A stretch of DNA of 56,385 nt, counting the filler, from Sphacelaria rigidula (Eukaryota), in NCBI GenBank assembly GCA_964200075.2. It is 7 parts of 7 records of this genome, joined end to end, with 100 filler letters (N's around TTAATTAATTAA, not from the genome) between each part and the next. Parts side by side here need not be neighbours in the genome. Positions count along the whole stretch, not along the records: positions 32,280 to 40,248 come from CAXNAA020012804.1; positions 40,349 to 48,317 come from CAXNAA020012805.1; 5 more parts are not named here. One strand, 5' to 3'. Of this stretch, positions 35,501 through 48,417 are shown one piece after another; position 1 is the stretch's first letter, and each line of letters starts with the position of its first letter. The position numbers and the translations under genes were made by a program. The notes under the pieces were generated by a model. That model was not told the DNA's origin. It worked only from the letters and a program-made list of their open reading frames with translations, and ran no database searches.

Positions 35501-38358
35501 GTTAAGGAGCTGCTGGTCAGAGTTCTGGCCCTAATTTCCAGTTGTGGTGGATGGTCTCTCAATCGTGGGTCGTTGACGTCACTTCGAAGTACTATGTTTC
35601 CAGTGGGTGTGTGGTACTACTACTGTAGATGAATTGTCGTACTCCAAGAAAAGAGTGTTGCCTCGTACTGTTTGAGTGTTAACCATGGATTCTTGCACTT
35701 GAGCGTCGCCCGCATCAACATCACACGTCAACACTCTCATCACACATGAAACCAGGTAGCATAGCGTATGGGAAGTAGTATACGTCACCGGCATGCTATT
35801 CTTGTCGAGTGTGTATACTCTTGAGCTGGCATCTCCCATCCTTGCCGTGGGCGAACAATCTGATAGGTGCTGATGATGAATGGCAACCGACGTCGTGCTG
35901 AAGCCGTAAATTATTTACTGCTACAGTAGTATTTGCAGCACCCCAAAATCACCGAGATCATTTTCTTATATAATGTATGAAATAAAACGTTATTAGCGTC
36001 CAAATATTGGGAGTGTTTCTCTCAGGAGCATAAACGGTGCGCTCCGTCTCGAAAGGTATGTGTGGTCAATGGCCAAATGACTACGGGCTGGGCTGACCAA
36101 CATACTTATTTTCCGACAGAAATGAGATGCCACGCTGAATTTGATGAGTTGGGCGCTGAAATTTTGACACCACATTTTGATCAAGACGCGAAACATGTCG
36201 AGGGATGCGAAGAAAAAATCAACAAATTTCTTTTGGGCTATTCGAAATTTTGGACAAAAACCTGTCATAACTCTATGGAAATGGTAGAAAAACGGCCATA
36301 TCCCGCAACATCTTGCTTCTTCTCGGGCACACAAGATCCTGATGAAATTTCGAGTAAAAGCTCATCAAATTGGGCTGCGCGTGGAACGTTTCTTGGGACG
36401 CTGTTGCACCTCGGTGGTCCAACTGATGGAGGAGCCTCCAATTACACAGGCCACGAATTCGAATCCGAACACGGCGTTTTTTTTTTTTTCCCGAAATGAG
36501 CTTCCTCTCGAGATGGGAAGGGTCTCAATATTTTGGTGACGGTTTTGCCTCCGCGGCGAGTACAGAGCAGTTTGACGTGGTACGTGCCCGCATCCTTGTT
36601 TTGTATGACAGTCGGTTTGGAGGTCCTGTTCCATTATGAAGCTGCTGATGAGGTTGATGCCATCTCGCAGCGTTACCAGTGCTCTTTTCACAGTATCATA
36701 TCGGGTTGTCACATGCCCGTGCGGCGAACATGTCCGTCGTGAATCCGCCGCGCTTCGTAAAAATGAGGGTCTCGTAACACGACATCACGCCACGATATGA
36801 AACATTCTTTGGACTTGATGCAGTATAAAAACGCCGTTGCCATAAACTGCTCTAATCGAGCAGCGACGGAGCGCGTATGTTACCAGGTAGGTCTGCAGGT
36901 AGCTCACTGCGAAATGCTCAAATCGGGCTGATTCGGGAAAGTGACGAAGTTGGGATGGGCCCATCGTTTGTAGGTTCAACGGCCGGCCCAGCTCGTGACG
37001 CGATCAGACAGTGAGCACGAATGAGTACGCTCCACCCCACCCGTGATGAAAGAAAATAACTCGAGTTTCCTCCTCTCTTCGTTGTTATGTTTGTGTCAGG
37101 CTCGGAACACACGAAGAGCTTGGAGGCGCGTGGGTTTCCATCTTCTCGATCATTGCCCTCATTTCGGTCATTCCGGGCGTCGTGTGTGCTTTCAAGGCGT
37201 GCACCGGATGGGTGCACCCTGACGCCCAAGGCGCCGCCGGGGGCAGCGGGGTGAGACGGAATTTCCCCCCTTCTCCAAATAAAAGAATAGCAATAATGAA
37301 GGGCACGTGACGGTGAAGGAAGATGAGAACAGTCGCGTGTCGCGTCTTTGGCGTGTGTCTTGTGTGTGTTTTCGGCTACTATTATGGAACTGGAAAATCC
37401 GCTCGTTACTCATCCACAAGGAACACGTCGGGATAGCGCTCATGTCCATATATATTTTTTGTGTGTCGCTGTGTTCCGCCGCCGTGAAAAACAAAAAAAC
37501 TTGAAAGAAGCAAAAATAGCGTTTGTGAGTGGGCGAGAGGCATGCTGTACTGTGCTGTGCTGTGCTGTGCTGTGCTGTGCTGTGCTGTACCCTCGTATAT
37601 TTTTTTCCATCTCTTCCCATTGTGGTGGGGCACTCTTATCTTGAGGGCGGTAGGTGCAGTATACTGACTATATATATGTATTGTATATATGATGTTATTA
37701 TCATGTTGAGCGAGACGTGCTCGCTTGCGTACCGTCTGCGCGATCGATCGCCATGCAGTATGTCACCTTGGTATTTCACACTCGTATTTTTTTTCGTATC
37801 TCATGTTTTTCGGAAGAAAGACGATGTCGATACAACACATAAAGACCCATCGTAGCGGTCGAAGGACTTGACGCAGCAGTGAAATATTCGCCTTCTCTCG
37901 TCGGTACTACACCTTCTCTTTGCGAGGAAACGGTCAGTCTCCACAACAGTTGTCATGTCAGTCGTAGAGGGCTCAGCACCTGTTCACGACATGATGATAT
38001 ATATTCGAGGAGAAGGTGTGCAAATGTGCACGTTAAAGCTGTATTTACTGCCGGGTAGCTTCCGAGTGGAGTCGCTTACTCGGTTTGATTTACAGGGATG
38101 ATTGCGGTGCCAGGGTGGACATGTCAGCTCTCCCTCCGCATGTACGCGTGCTTATGCTGTGAACTTCACACGGCACTGTGTCTCTTCCTCCCGCCTGTGT
38201 CTGTACGCCTGTCATCTCGTTGTCGCTGTCGTTGTTTCTCGCCGTTGACTCAGGGTCCCGTGGTGACTGTACGTACCCAAGGGCATGCCCCAGGCGCAAC
38301 CGTGCATCACATGCCACAGCAGCAGGGTCCTCCCCCGGCATACGGTGCTAACGTCTAA
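32559..38358 (+). CDS. Four-transmembrane protein with a C-terminal PPxY motif, 160 aa; exons 32559-32649, 34833-34968, 37100-37250, 38254-38358
   Basis: Four GT-AG exons join in phase (483 nt): MRTRNQTRIFAIVVIGTHALALFVFGFYLWMTWVGTLCGIIAASVLLCCYKKECYTCTGATWVVAAIFDLISAIFWLGTHEELGGAWVSIFSIIALISVIPGVVCAFKACTG...MPQQQGPPPAYGANV*. The frame is also open upstream to an acceptor at 32406, so the N-terminus may be longer. Confidence 0.78.
33121..33246. repeat. Compound pentanucleotide microsatellite (CAGTG/CAGTT/CAGCT/CAGTC)n
   Basis: Directly visible, intronic. Confidence 0.95.
35404..35501. mobile_element. piggyBac-like MITE, 98 bp, TTAA target duplication
   Basis: TTAA|CCCTTGGACCGCGAGGTTAGTC ... 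GGCTAATCTCGCGGTCTAAGGG|TTAA. Confidence 0.85.
37544..37587. repeat. (GCTGT)n pentanucleotide microsatellite
   Basis: Directly visible. Confidence 0.95.
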
Positions 38359-38673
38359 CTGACGCCTGTGCGTGCACGTTGGTACGTACGACTGATGCCG
38401 CGACAACCCCCCCCACCTAGGGAAGCGGCTGGTTTGAAGAGACAAAATCTACATATGAATCAAAATAACAAGAGCCGAGCACAACGAGCAGCCAGGAATT
38501 CCCACGACTGCGATCGTTTTTGCTAATGCCGCCCATATGAGGTGCTTCATGCAGTCTGGAACCAGCTATCATGTGCCGTATGTCCATTCTTTTCGCGGCA
38601 GTTTTGGGGCTGGTTTGGGGGGGTGTCTATCGCGGCATCACTCGTACGCAATCAGTGCCTTGTGGTTCTTGAT

Positions 38674-38766
38674 CCTTAGACCGCAACACCTGCCGAATCG
38701 GCATCATTTTTCACATGAAAAACGCATGCGTGATCCAAATGGACTACCCGGACCGCTGTCTGAGGG
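38674..38766. mobile_element. Degenerate copy of the short piggyBac-like MITE
   Basis: CCTTAGACCGC...GAATCGGCATCATTTTTCACATGAAAAA...GATCCAAATGGACTACCC...GTCTGAGGG. Confidence 0.6.
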
Positions 38767-39053
38767 TCAAGGTTGGGCAAATTTGTACCATGGGACGCGC
38801 ACGCACGGACCGACATCAACCACGGCGGGGTGATAGCAAATATGCTTGGCGCAGTTCGTTTTTCCCTCCGTTTTCTTGGTGCACAAATTGAACGCAAGCA
38901 GGGAGGGGGGGGCGGGGGGGGGGGGGGGGGGGGGCAGGCCAAGAGGGGGGTAGGGGTTTGGGGGAAAACACACGGGAAATTNNNNNNNNNNTCGTCTCTG
39001 CCTTCTTCTCCGGTCGCCTTGTTGGGTGGTGTTGGGTGGGGAGGGAGGGGGGG

Positions 39054-39094
<41 letters not shown>

Positions 39095-40186
39095 GGGCAG
39101 CTCACGACGATGCTAGGCTTTTGGAGAAGAACACACGAGAATTGTAAAGCGAGACTGTAGTTGGTTGTACGCTAGATTCGGCGGAACGAGGCAGTGGCGG
39201 TTAAACCAAGCATTTCTTTCTTTCTTGCTGTTGTGGATATATATATATATATATATTCAGTATATACACAGTATATACATAGATGGTGCAAAAATCTGTT
39301 GTATGCGTGTACGAACCACGAAGACTGGAGAGTGAGATTGATCATTTGTTTTTCTCTTCCTCCAGTAGTTCTACTGAGTTTTGCACCCTGCAGGTGACAT
39401 CATTCACCTTTGAACTTTTTGGTATAGTGTATGTATCACTAATTGTTATCGTGGCCATTGAGTTATATGATGAGTTAGATGGAGCACATGAAGCAGTGCC
39501 GAGGCGGGTGACGTCCTCTTTATACAGGATGTGGGTTGGGGAAGAGAGTGGGGAAACGAGGCAGGGTTCAAACCACAGGCTCGTGAGGGAGGAAGGAGTT
39601 GGTGGAAGCACGACAGAATTTTCTCGAGAACGTGATTCTCCCCTCCCCCCGGATTTGCTTGGAGTGATGTGGGATTTACTTCAAGCCGCCATTTTCGCTT
39701 TCCGTGGTTTATAATTTCAGTGTCTATATTTCGCTTTCGTTTTTCTGGGAAGGATAAAGAAACGAAAACACGATGAGACATGTGTCCTGCAATACTCGCC
39801 ACGCTTGTACGCCGTTCTTGTATATTCATCCACTGTTTCATTATTGTGAGAATGCGATGGGTCCGGTCCGTCTGGCTGTGATTTGCAAGCGAATGAGCGT
39901 TGCTCTAAGATCTCAGCTGTATGACTGTGCCCTGTACCCAGTTTTCGCGCGTGGCAGTAGCAGCAACATATATGAGAAGTAGCAGGAGTCTCACCAGATG
40001 TCACGTTGCTAGCACCATGTAGGTTAAGGTGTAACTGTATTCTAGGTTGCCGGTGTGCCCCGTTTCGGTACTCCCACGCACGTGGTGTCAGTAAGTGACT
40101 GCAGGGTCAGACTCCCGTCATCTTCGAATTATGTATTGCTACATGTTCAGTCCTGTGCCCTTGTTCGGCGGTTCTGGAACCAGTCT

Positions 40187-40248
40187 GTGTGTTGTGTTGT
40201 GTTGTCGTCCCATTTATTCTGGGCACCAGTCTACATCTTTCGGTGTAT
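40187..40248 (-). mobile_element. 3' end of SINE family B, cut by the contig edge
   Basis: GTGTTGTGTTGTCGTCCCATTTATTCTGGGCACCAGTCTACA matches the reverse complement of the 8290-8337 tail. Confidence 0.8.
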
Positions 40249-40348
40249 NNNNNNNNNNNNNNNNNNNNNNNNNNNNNNNNNNNNNNNNNNNNTTAATTAA
40301 TTAANNNNNNNNNNNNNNNNNNNNNNNNNNNNNNNNNNNNNNNNNNNN
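40249..40348. other. Artificial contig linker
   Basis: Same spacer. Confidence 0.98.
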
Positions 40349-40374
40349 GCGGGGGGGGGTGTGGGGGGGGGGGC

Positions 40375-40855
40375 GGGGGGGGGATACTCATGATCTTGCG
40401 TGCCATAGCCATATGACCATGGACCTTGCATCCTTACAGAGCCGGGACGGAGCATGCAGGGTTTTCGCCGGACCAGGCTCGCAATCAATCACCAAACGCG
40501 AAGCGCCGTGATTTATTTGGCGAGTAGCATGGAGGGTGAGCTGCATCCTGCTAAGATTGTTCAGCCCGAAGGTTGATGATTTTCTTGCATTTGGGTGACA
40601 TCCTCGAACGAGTTACTTTATCTTCTGGTATCGCCACTTCCGGAGACAGCCATGACTTACACTTTACCTCATGGGTGTCTCACCATATAAGCACTCCGTA
40701 GTATGACCATCCCCTTTGCGCGCAATCGAGGTTCTCCCACCCCGCACAACACGATCTAGCTCGACCACCCCCATGGTTACCGCAAAAAAACGCAGGCCTT
40801 CAAAAACAATCGGTAACCTGGTTGCCTAGCTTACGCAGTGAGTGGCGTGTTTTAC
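40375..40855 (+). repeat. Dispersed repeat family G, full unit
   Basis: Colinear with 15493-15960. Confidence 0.85.
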
Positions 40856-41949
40856 CGAGTCATCACCAACCGACGCCAACCCGATGGGGGCCCGTGATTG
40901 ACGGGGGGAGATAATATATATTTATGGACACTGACTACCAAGTATAGAGGAGGAGGGGGGCGTACTCATTTGTTGCTTGCCTAAGTCTTTTGACCATTAA
41001 CCACGCGTCCCTTTCGAGACGCTACCAAGTAGGGGGGGAAATCCTTCAAGTATCTGTCGATGTCTCACCATCTATTCACAACAAGTTTCTCATGTTGCGG
41101 CCCAGGGGTAGAACATTATACATTGTGAAGAAGCTCGTGTCCGGCCTTCAATTGTGCCTCGTTTCGTGGTTTGAGTACCTAATGGAAAAAATACATGCAG
41201 CCCAAATAATATATCTAGGCTTTTAAAATAGCACTCCGCTTACGTTATTGTTTTTTGGGAGAACATGCGATGTTTTGAGGGTAAAATAAAGAAGAAAATG
41301 GTCTCCGATACTCCAACCACAAGCCCCAATCACGTAGTTTAGCTAAGTATTACTCTTCAGTACACATTGTGAAAACGGGCAGACGTCTTCTTTCCGCTTG
41401 CGCCTGATGATCTGGAGTGTGGATGGTGTAGCATACTCATCGAGGCTCCTGTCACGCACACCGATTGCTGTCCGGTTTTTCTATTGCAATGTTTGTGGCA
41501 AATAAAACAGGCAGTCTAGACAAGGATGGATATCTAAGGAGTGGGTATTTTAACCAGCAGTTTATCCTAGATGAATGAATTCGTCTCGATGTACGACCAA
41601 CCACTCTTTTGTGCGAACTATTCTTCCCTGGCTGTTTTACAAACCATTTTCCTCGTGGAGGAAATGCTGGGCTATTTAAAATGACCGTGATCAAGCTTAC
41701 CGCTAAACTGGGAGTAGTATTTGTCGGGGCCCGTTGTTTTGCCGCGTTGCCACGTCCCCCTGTCTCGTACGTCGTCGCTCCGAGCAATAGACTCACCGGT
41801 TCCGGAGAATACATTTTTCCCTTGGTGATAGTGCCATTTTCTCGAGCGACAGACGCAGTTGGTGGATGCGGTTGCACGAACGAATTTGTCACCTCGATAC
41901 GGAAAGGGCAAGGTCCCTGCACTTGGAGGACGCTAAACCCTGGAATGTG

Positions 41950-44433
41950 CGAGAACCGACAGTGAGACAAACCAGCGATGTCATTGCGGGCGCAATGTGA
42001 TCACCTCGTGCGTTCAAGAAATAAAGGCTAATACCGTGTGCACCATAAGCCCGACAACGGTGCAGTACCCAGCAGGAGGCCCAATCCAAAAGTGCTCAAA
42101 ACATGATCCACCGTCACATTCGCCCGATTTCAATGCTAACGTAACGTACAATCTAGAGCCGCCCATAAACGAGCGAATGGTAACAACCCAGACCTGCTCA
42201 CCGTCTCGATCAGGATTGTCATGCCGTCGATCCAAAGTAAAAACGGACGCAAGTCCATCACGCGCTGTTGTAGCCTGCACCGATCATAGAGAGGCCACAC
42301 AAGCAACATAATGGGTTGCGCAGGCGCAACGGTCGCTGACTGTAGCTGCTCGGAAAAGTCCGCTCTTCCACACGACAGCCTGGACATTCCATATCGTTGG
42401 TGAAACTTCAAGATCTTGAAGGGCGGCCCCGCGCGTGGAACGAGGTGCCTCAGGGGGTGTCCACACACAATAGGTATTCGCTGTTGGCGCTCGATAGCTG
42501 CACCTCATCCTCGTCGAATACTCATGATTTGCGTCAACAAGCGAGTAGAGCTGCAAACATTGTGCACTCGAGCAGATGGTACTTGCCTTCATGTCAGTGC
42601 TGTCTATACTATATCTTCCTGACGTAGGACCACCGCAAGACTCTGTGCCCGCCAAAGCAGTTGAAAAAGTCGACGGAATTTGTCGACGTGTTTCGGGTAC
42701 CTCCAGGAAGAGGCTTTGCACCGGAGGCTTGTGACGCGAAACGGGCCGGGTCTGCTCCACGGCAGTCTTTCGTGTCACCGCGACGTGTTCTTTCGCTGCT
42801 TTTTCTGCAAGTGGCAATTCCACCTTGCATACACGGCGAATTGAGTTCCACGAGAAAGAGCAATAACTGTCTGCATGTTCTTTGCAGCGGTCTAGAGGTC
42901 AAGATGCCTTTCCCAGACGAGCTTCTCCTCAAACGGTGTTCATGATCACGCTTCCCTGCCGCAGAGTAGCGCAGGCTCGGCTCAATATATTGTATCTGGC
43001 AAACGAACGGTTGAAAGTGCACAACCTGTGTGTTCTTGCCCAAAGTTAGAGTAATGACAAATCATTTGTTGACCCTTCGATCCTACAGCTTGAAGGACAT
43101 GGACGAATAATCGAGGCAGTACCGCCTGGTACGATTGCATGTGTCGCCACATGTAGTATTCTGTTTTCACATCACTACGCAAGCCTACCCAGCACACCTG
43201 AAACGCCATGTATGGAACAACATCCGCCAAATGAGTTGGGAACGCCGCCTTTTGGCGCGATGGGGGCCTTTGCAGAAAGTTTGCTTCTCCTTCTTCATCA
43301 GTGAACCATTGGAATCTACCCATGTCTGGCTTGCGCCTCAGATACTGAGAGCTTTCGCGCTTGCTCGTTGTAGTGACTCTCTCTGTCTCTCTGTCAAACG
43401 CAGGGTGTTTTTTTAGGCCGTTGTTATAATCGGCGGAAGTTCCTTCTTCATCTCGCGGAATCAGCTCTGCGCGCACACCAGTGCACTCCAGGTTACCACA
43501 GGGTCCCACCCAAACACTGGTGGCGAGTTCGTCACTCTGGCTACTGCGAGACCTCGAAGCGCTTGCCGAAAAATTCCGTGGATGCTTCACCTGAGCCAAC
43601 ATACGTAGGAAATATATGAAGCAGGAGCGTCAAGGAAACTGGAGTGGAGTAAAATAAGTACCAATGGATTCCCTTCAGAAACACAAGCACCGAGTCTAGG
43701 GTTATTTGAAAGTACGGTCTACCCTGGATGGTGAAGGTCGACTTGGTTCGGTTTCCAGGAGCCGAGCTGAAGCGGAGCGATGGGGGCGCATGCTTCGGTC
43801 CATGGCACTTCTTTCAAGATCCAACTGTTCCATGTTTCGTGTACCCTTGGTTCCTGGTTGATCATCGAAGGGGGGGATGTTGGTCGTACACCCGCTCGCT
43901 CCGTCCCTGGCATCCTGCATGTAGCCAGCTTCTTGCCTCGTTTCATCATCTGTCGCGTGCACACCGTCAAACGGTCTATCAACGGGTGCCAGGCCTTCTG
44001 ACAGCAGCGAGGTCTTCAGGGCCGACCACATGCGTAGGTCTTTTTCGCTCTGCTGGACCGAAGAATCATCGGGTGTCGAATCAATTGGTTCTCCCGCTAT
44101 CTCCACATCCCTCCCGACATGCGTAGTTTCCTTTCCACTGCGTATCCGTGTCTTATTGTAAATACTGCTTCCAGACCCTGACGGAGTTGCGCTGGAGCCA
44201 CTGTCCCTCGAACATCCCCCGAAGTAGTGCTGTACCGTTTTCGCAGCCAGCCACCGCTCGCGAGGGGCTGCCTTCCGTTGCTCCCCTCGGGTTGCAACCG
44301 GTGACACCCTTGCACCTGGTGAGCTCCCACTCCCACGGGAATCGGCGCGTGATATCATCAGTGTCTCGTCGCGGCTAGTGTTTGTCTTGATACATGATGA
44401 GTCTGAAAACACATGCCCGTCATTACTCGACAT
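41950..44433 (-). pseudogene. Degenerate Mutator/MULE (FAR1-like) transposase with a SWIM finger
   Basis: Motifs across frameshifts occur in MULE order: FQWFTDEEG...LADVV, CENRILHVATHAIVPG, RTHRLCTF (HxxCxxH-like), and GECDGGSCFEHFWIGPP (SWIM-like). There are many stops, and no TIRs were found. Confidence 0.55.
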
Positions 44434-47400
44434 CGAGTTAGGTCGACGATGAAAACGGCATTGCTGGTGCTGATCGTTGTGGCATCCAGGTTGCCTGGAT
44501 TCCTCTGGAAAATCGATATTATTTCCGACTCCATAGTTGCTAACATCTGGTGTGGCTGGTATATAGACTTCATTAAGATTTGCGCAATGTTGATTCGGTG
44601 GCGAATATAGGTGTCCATAAGCGGGTCTGACGGCAAAAGTGGCAACGCAAAGGGGTGGGCGTGAAGAGATTCAATATCTTGAACGTGATCGATGGCGGTC
44701 GGCGTTTCCGACAAGGAGATATCTCATGCACTGAGCGCGTTTGCATAGTGTCAATGATTGTCAACAGAAAATGTGTAAAGTGAAGACTCAACTATAACCA
44801 TTTTGTTTGCATTTTAATTATTATGTAGAGTGCGTCATGAGTGTACGCCGCCAGTGTGATAGGAAAATAATACCACAAGTACGGGGAATGCTTCGAAATA
44901 GATTGTTCAGTGCTGCTTCAAGTTTGTAGTGGGACCATGCGGACAATACGCACTTGCTACTGGCTGGGCCCAGTTGTGCGTCAAATGACGCGAAGAAGCG
45001 TTCCGGAGACGAAGGAGAATCTGACAAGTACACGACCGGGTGCAAACGACAAGCGAGAGCGTGAGCTCAAGCTTGATCGACGAATACAAAATAAAGCTAT
45101 GAAGCAGCAACAACGGGAGTCTCAAGATGAAGGTATTCGCTCACGCTTCTCACCGCGGACTACGTGGTACAAACACACAGCGACGGGCCTATGTAGTGTC
45201 CACCTAACTCGGTGCGTATTCGCCACACGATGACATATACGGAGTATATACGAGTATTACTCTGAGGACACGCTGAGGTTCATAAATTGGGCAGCGAAGG
45301 GCCATCTCAACCGTTTACGACGTATAATCTCGCCTGCTCCGGACCATCCATGTTTTTGATCTTCGCCGTTCGACGACATAACTGGAGGTGGTGGTCGTAA
45401 ATCACCGTCGCCGCCGCCGCCGCCGCTCTTCTTCCGTATTTGCATTGTATTGTACTTGAGAGCAAGGTTCAGGCCAACGCAATCGTTGTTGCTATGCCTT
45501 TTCCCCCAGCCAGCTCGAGCCCCGCGATAGCCGCGGCCAAGATTCTTTGTAGATCCTCGCTGCGCGTGTCTCGTTTTCTCCTGTCGCTGATTGCGGGGGA
45601 CGGGCGCCCTAGGTAGGCCTGTGAGGTCATCGTCGCTATCTACGTGTTGCTGCTCGCAGCGTCGATACGAATCCTTCATCTCAGGGTTAGGTCTACCGGA
45701 CCGGTTCGTTCCATACACTATGGGCGCGGTGCCTCCCCTTGAGCTTGAGAATAAATCGAAGTCCATTATTTCGCACTTGTAAAATCCACCACACAGATGT
45801 ACTAGAAAGGGGTGTGGAGCGGCCTATTGCAAGCGTTGGAAGCTTAGAGGCTGATGAACACGCAGTGAGCTCTTCCACCTGTTTTCCCCCATGGGCAATG
45901 TATTGCGCCCTGCTGTTCTTCTGGGGTGTTTTTTTTTATGCGGCTGGGGTATCGTCGCATGTTTGTCTGCATTCTGAATGCGACGAAGCCCACAACGAAA
46001 ATACCGTTTCGATGTTTCGAAAACCGAATTACGCCGCACACGCGCGCCGTAAATAGCTCAACCTCAGTGATCATGTCCCGATCAGCCTCGGGGTGACCGA
46101 TTCTACAGGCCTCATGGACTAGCTAACCACCTGGCCACACTTGTATCTACCAACGCGCGTGCAATGCCCACTCCATGCATTACCTATTCCCCTCACACGA
46201 CTGTAGATATCCTCTCTCACCCTGGAGAGATCGTTTGGGCCAGTATTCGCGGACAAAGAAAGGAAACGTGCTTTGCAGACTCGAACGTGTTCCGTCGCTT
46301 GGCTCTAAAAAATGTGGATGTGATGGATCAGGTCAAGACTTGACAAGGCACGGTAGCTGTGGACCAGAGCTATACGTGGCAATTTGAAGTGGCATGGTGC
46401 TTCATCTATGGTAGAGAAATCCTAATCTTCCCCGTATCCAGTATGTGGGGGTTGCTGCGACATGGAAAAAATGCGGGAAAAAATCGTGACGTAGTACAAG
46501 CTTTCTCGCCGTTACGTACACGCGTCAAGAAGCACGTGTACTCTTTCGATTTCAGTATCGCGCGGGGACAGGTGACATATTAGTGTGCACTAAGTAATAT
46601 CGTTGAATTATCACAGAGCTGTATTTCGTGAAACTTCTTCAGTATTGTCCTGTCAGGCACACATTCACATCTTCACGTTGCTGTGATCACGTGGCATAGC
46701 ACGAGGCAGATAAACGACAACACGTATCATCACTACACCCCGGGACGGGGTTTATGCCCAAATCGGCAACAACTCTCGGCCTCATACACCAGGCTGTGCT
46801 TCCCCGAAACGTTATCCCTCTGACTTCAAACGAAAACATGTGTTGAAAGTGTTTTCACAGTCGCTGACGTTTGTTTGGCAAAGTCTGTAAGAGTATCTAG
46901 CCCGACCTGATGAGACGGGAGATGGAGGCGAAGCGGAGGCTCATACACGTGCAGGTGTCATCATTCAATGCGTGGTATCAAAGCGTCATTAGATTTAAAA
47001 ATACGGTCATGCCCTTCATCAAAGCTCAGAGTACTCAAACTAGAAATGGAGGAGGCAGTGGAGACTTCGTGGCTATCTAGTTTGCTGGAACAGACTGACA
47101 GGCTTGTTCTCGCGTTAGGAGGGTACGAATCTAGTGACGGTGAGCCAACTTGATGCACACGCCTTACCTCAATTTTCTCATCACAAACGTACTCTGGTCG
47201 GTTCTGTGCTCCGGTACAACCTTTATGTAGCACCGCACCATGCAGAACAAACAGATTAGACAACACGGACAGTACGGGGGGACAGAAACTGCCTTTCATT
47301 GGTTATTGTAGTCTTACAGCACCGTACATGCCGCCATAGGGTGCTGAGCGCAGAGCATAGCAGGAGGGAGTCTAGGTGATATTTTTCGATACTGCGGTGA

Positions 47401-48317
47401 TATAGAACCCAATGCGCGTGCCCGCCCAGCTGCGTTCGACTGTTGGTGAATCGGCATCATGTTCACTTGATGATTTTATTAGCATCTCCGTATGCAAGCG
47501 CTTACAGGGTACATTGGGGCGCCACCACTTTTACGCCTTGCGTGGGTTCCTCTTCTACAGTACAGTAGCTTGCTACATCTGTATTCCATGCACTGTTAGT
47601 ACAGTGTCATTGTGCTGCGTGTAGTCATACGGACTCGACAGCTGTAAGCAACCGCCTTCAGTGCATCCTGAAATGTGAAATTGAGAACAAATAAACAAGA
47701 AAATTCAAAAATTCGCGAAAATTCGGCACGAGAACGAGGGCCGCCAGGTCGGGTAAATCGACGTACGGTATAGGCATCACTTTTTTTACTTCAAGTATGA
47801 ATGAAAGACACACATGACCCACCGTCGTGGTGGTTTGTACAGTTGAGGCCGCTCGCTAATTCCAATGCTGCAAAAGGTTAGGAGAAACAGCACATTCCAC
47901 AATCATGCGTCCGGTATCCAAAAGTCTAGTGTGACATGGAGGGCATGTCTTGAATCGTGGCTGAGGTGGACTCTAAGGACGGGTAATCTGGATCCGAAAA
48001 GGTTATGGTTCAATGGTTCTGGATGACTTCGGTGAAATTAAATTTGCTGACATCACCTTGACCAACCATTTGATGAAAGTTTTTTAGATTTTGGTCATGT
48101 AAGGCCAACTCTAATGGGAACCGTACAAAATTCCTGTCGAAATCTGCCTTCTTGGCCCTTCTCCGTCGATTTAGGCCGCTTCCTATAACAGACAAAAAAA
48201 AATAAAAATCCGGAAAAATGTATTTTTGAAGCTTTTACGTCGTTTTACGCCCCAAAAGGGAGCTAGGCGGAATTTGACACCTTGGGATGACTTGCTCTAC
48301 TAGTTGAGGCGGTTCCA

Positions 48318-48417
48318 NNNNNNNNNNNNNNNNNNNNNNNNNNNNNNNNNNNNNNNNNNNNTTAATTAATTAANNNNNNNNNNNNNNNNNNNNNNNNNNN
48401 NNNNNNNNNNNNNNNNN
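48318..48417. other. Artificial contig linker
   Basis: Same spacer. Confidence 0.98.

Noticed and set aside
39394..39631. Open plus-strand exon with a hydrophobic stretch
   Set aside because: No partner exons or family motif were found and the donor is weak.
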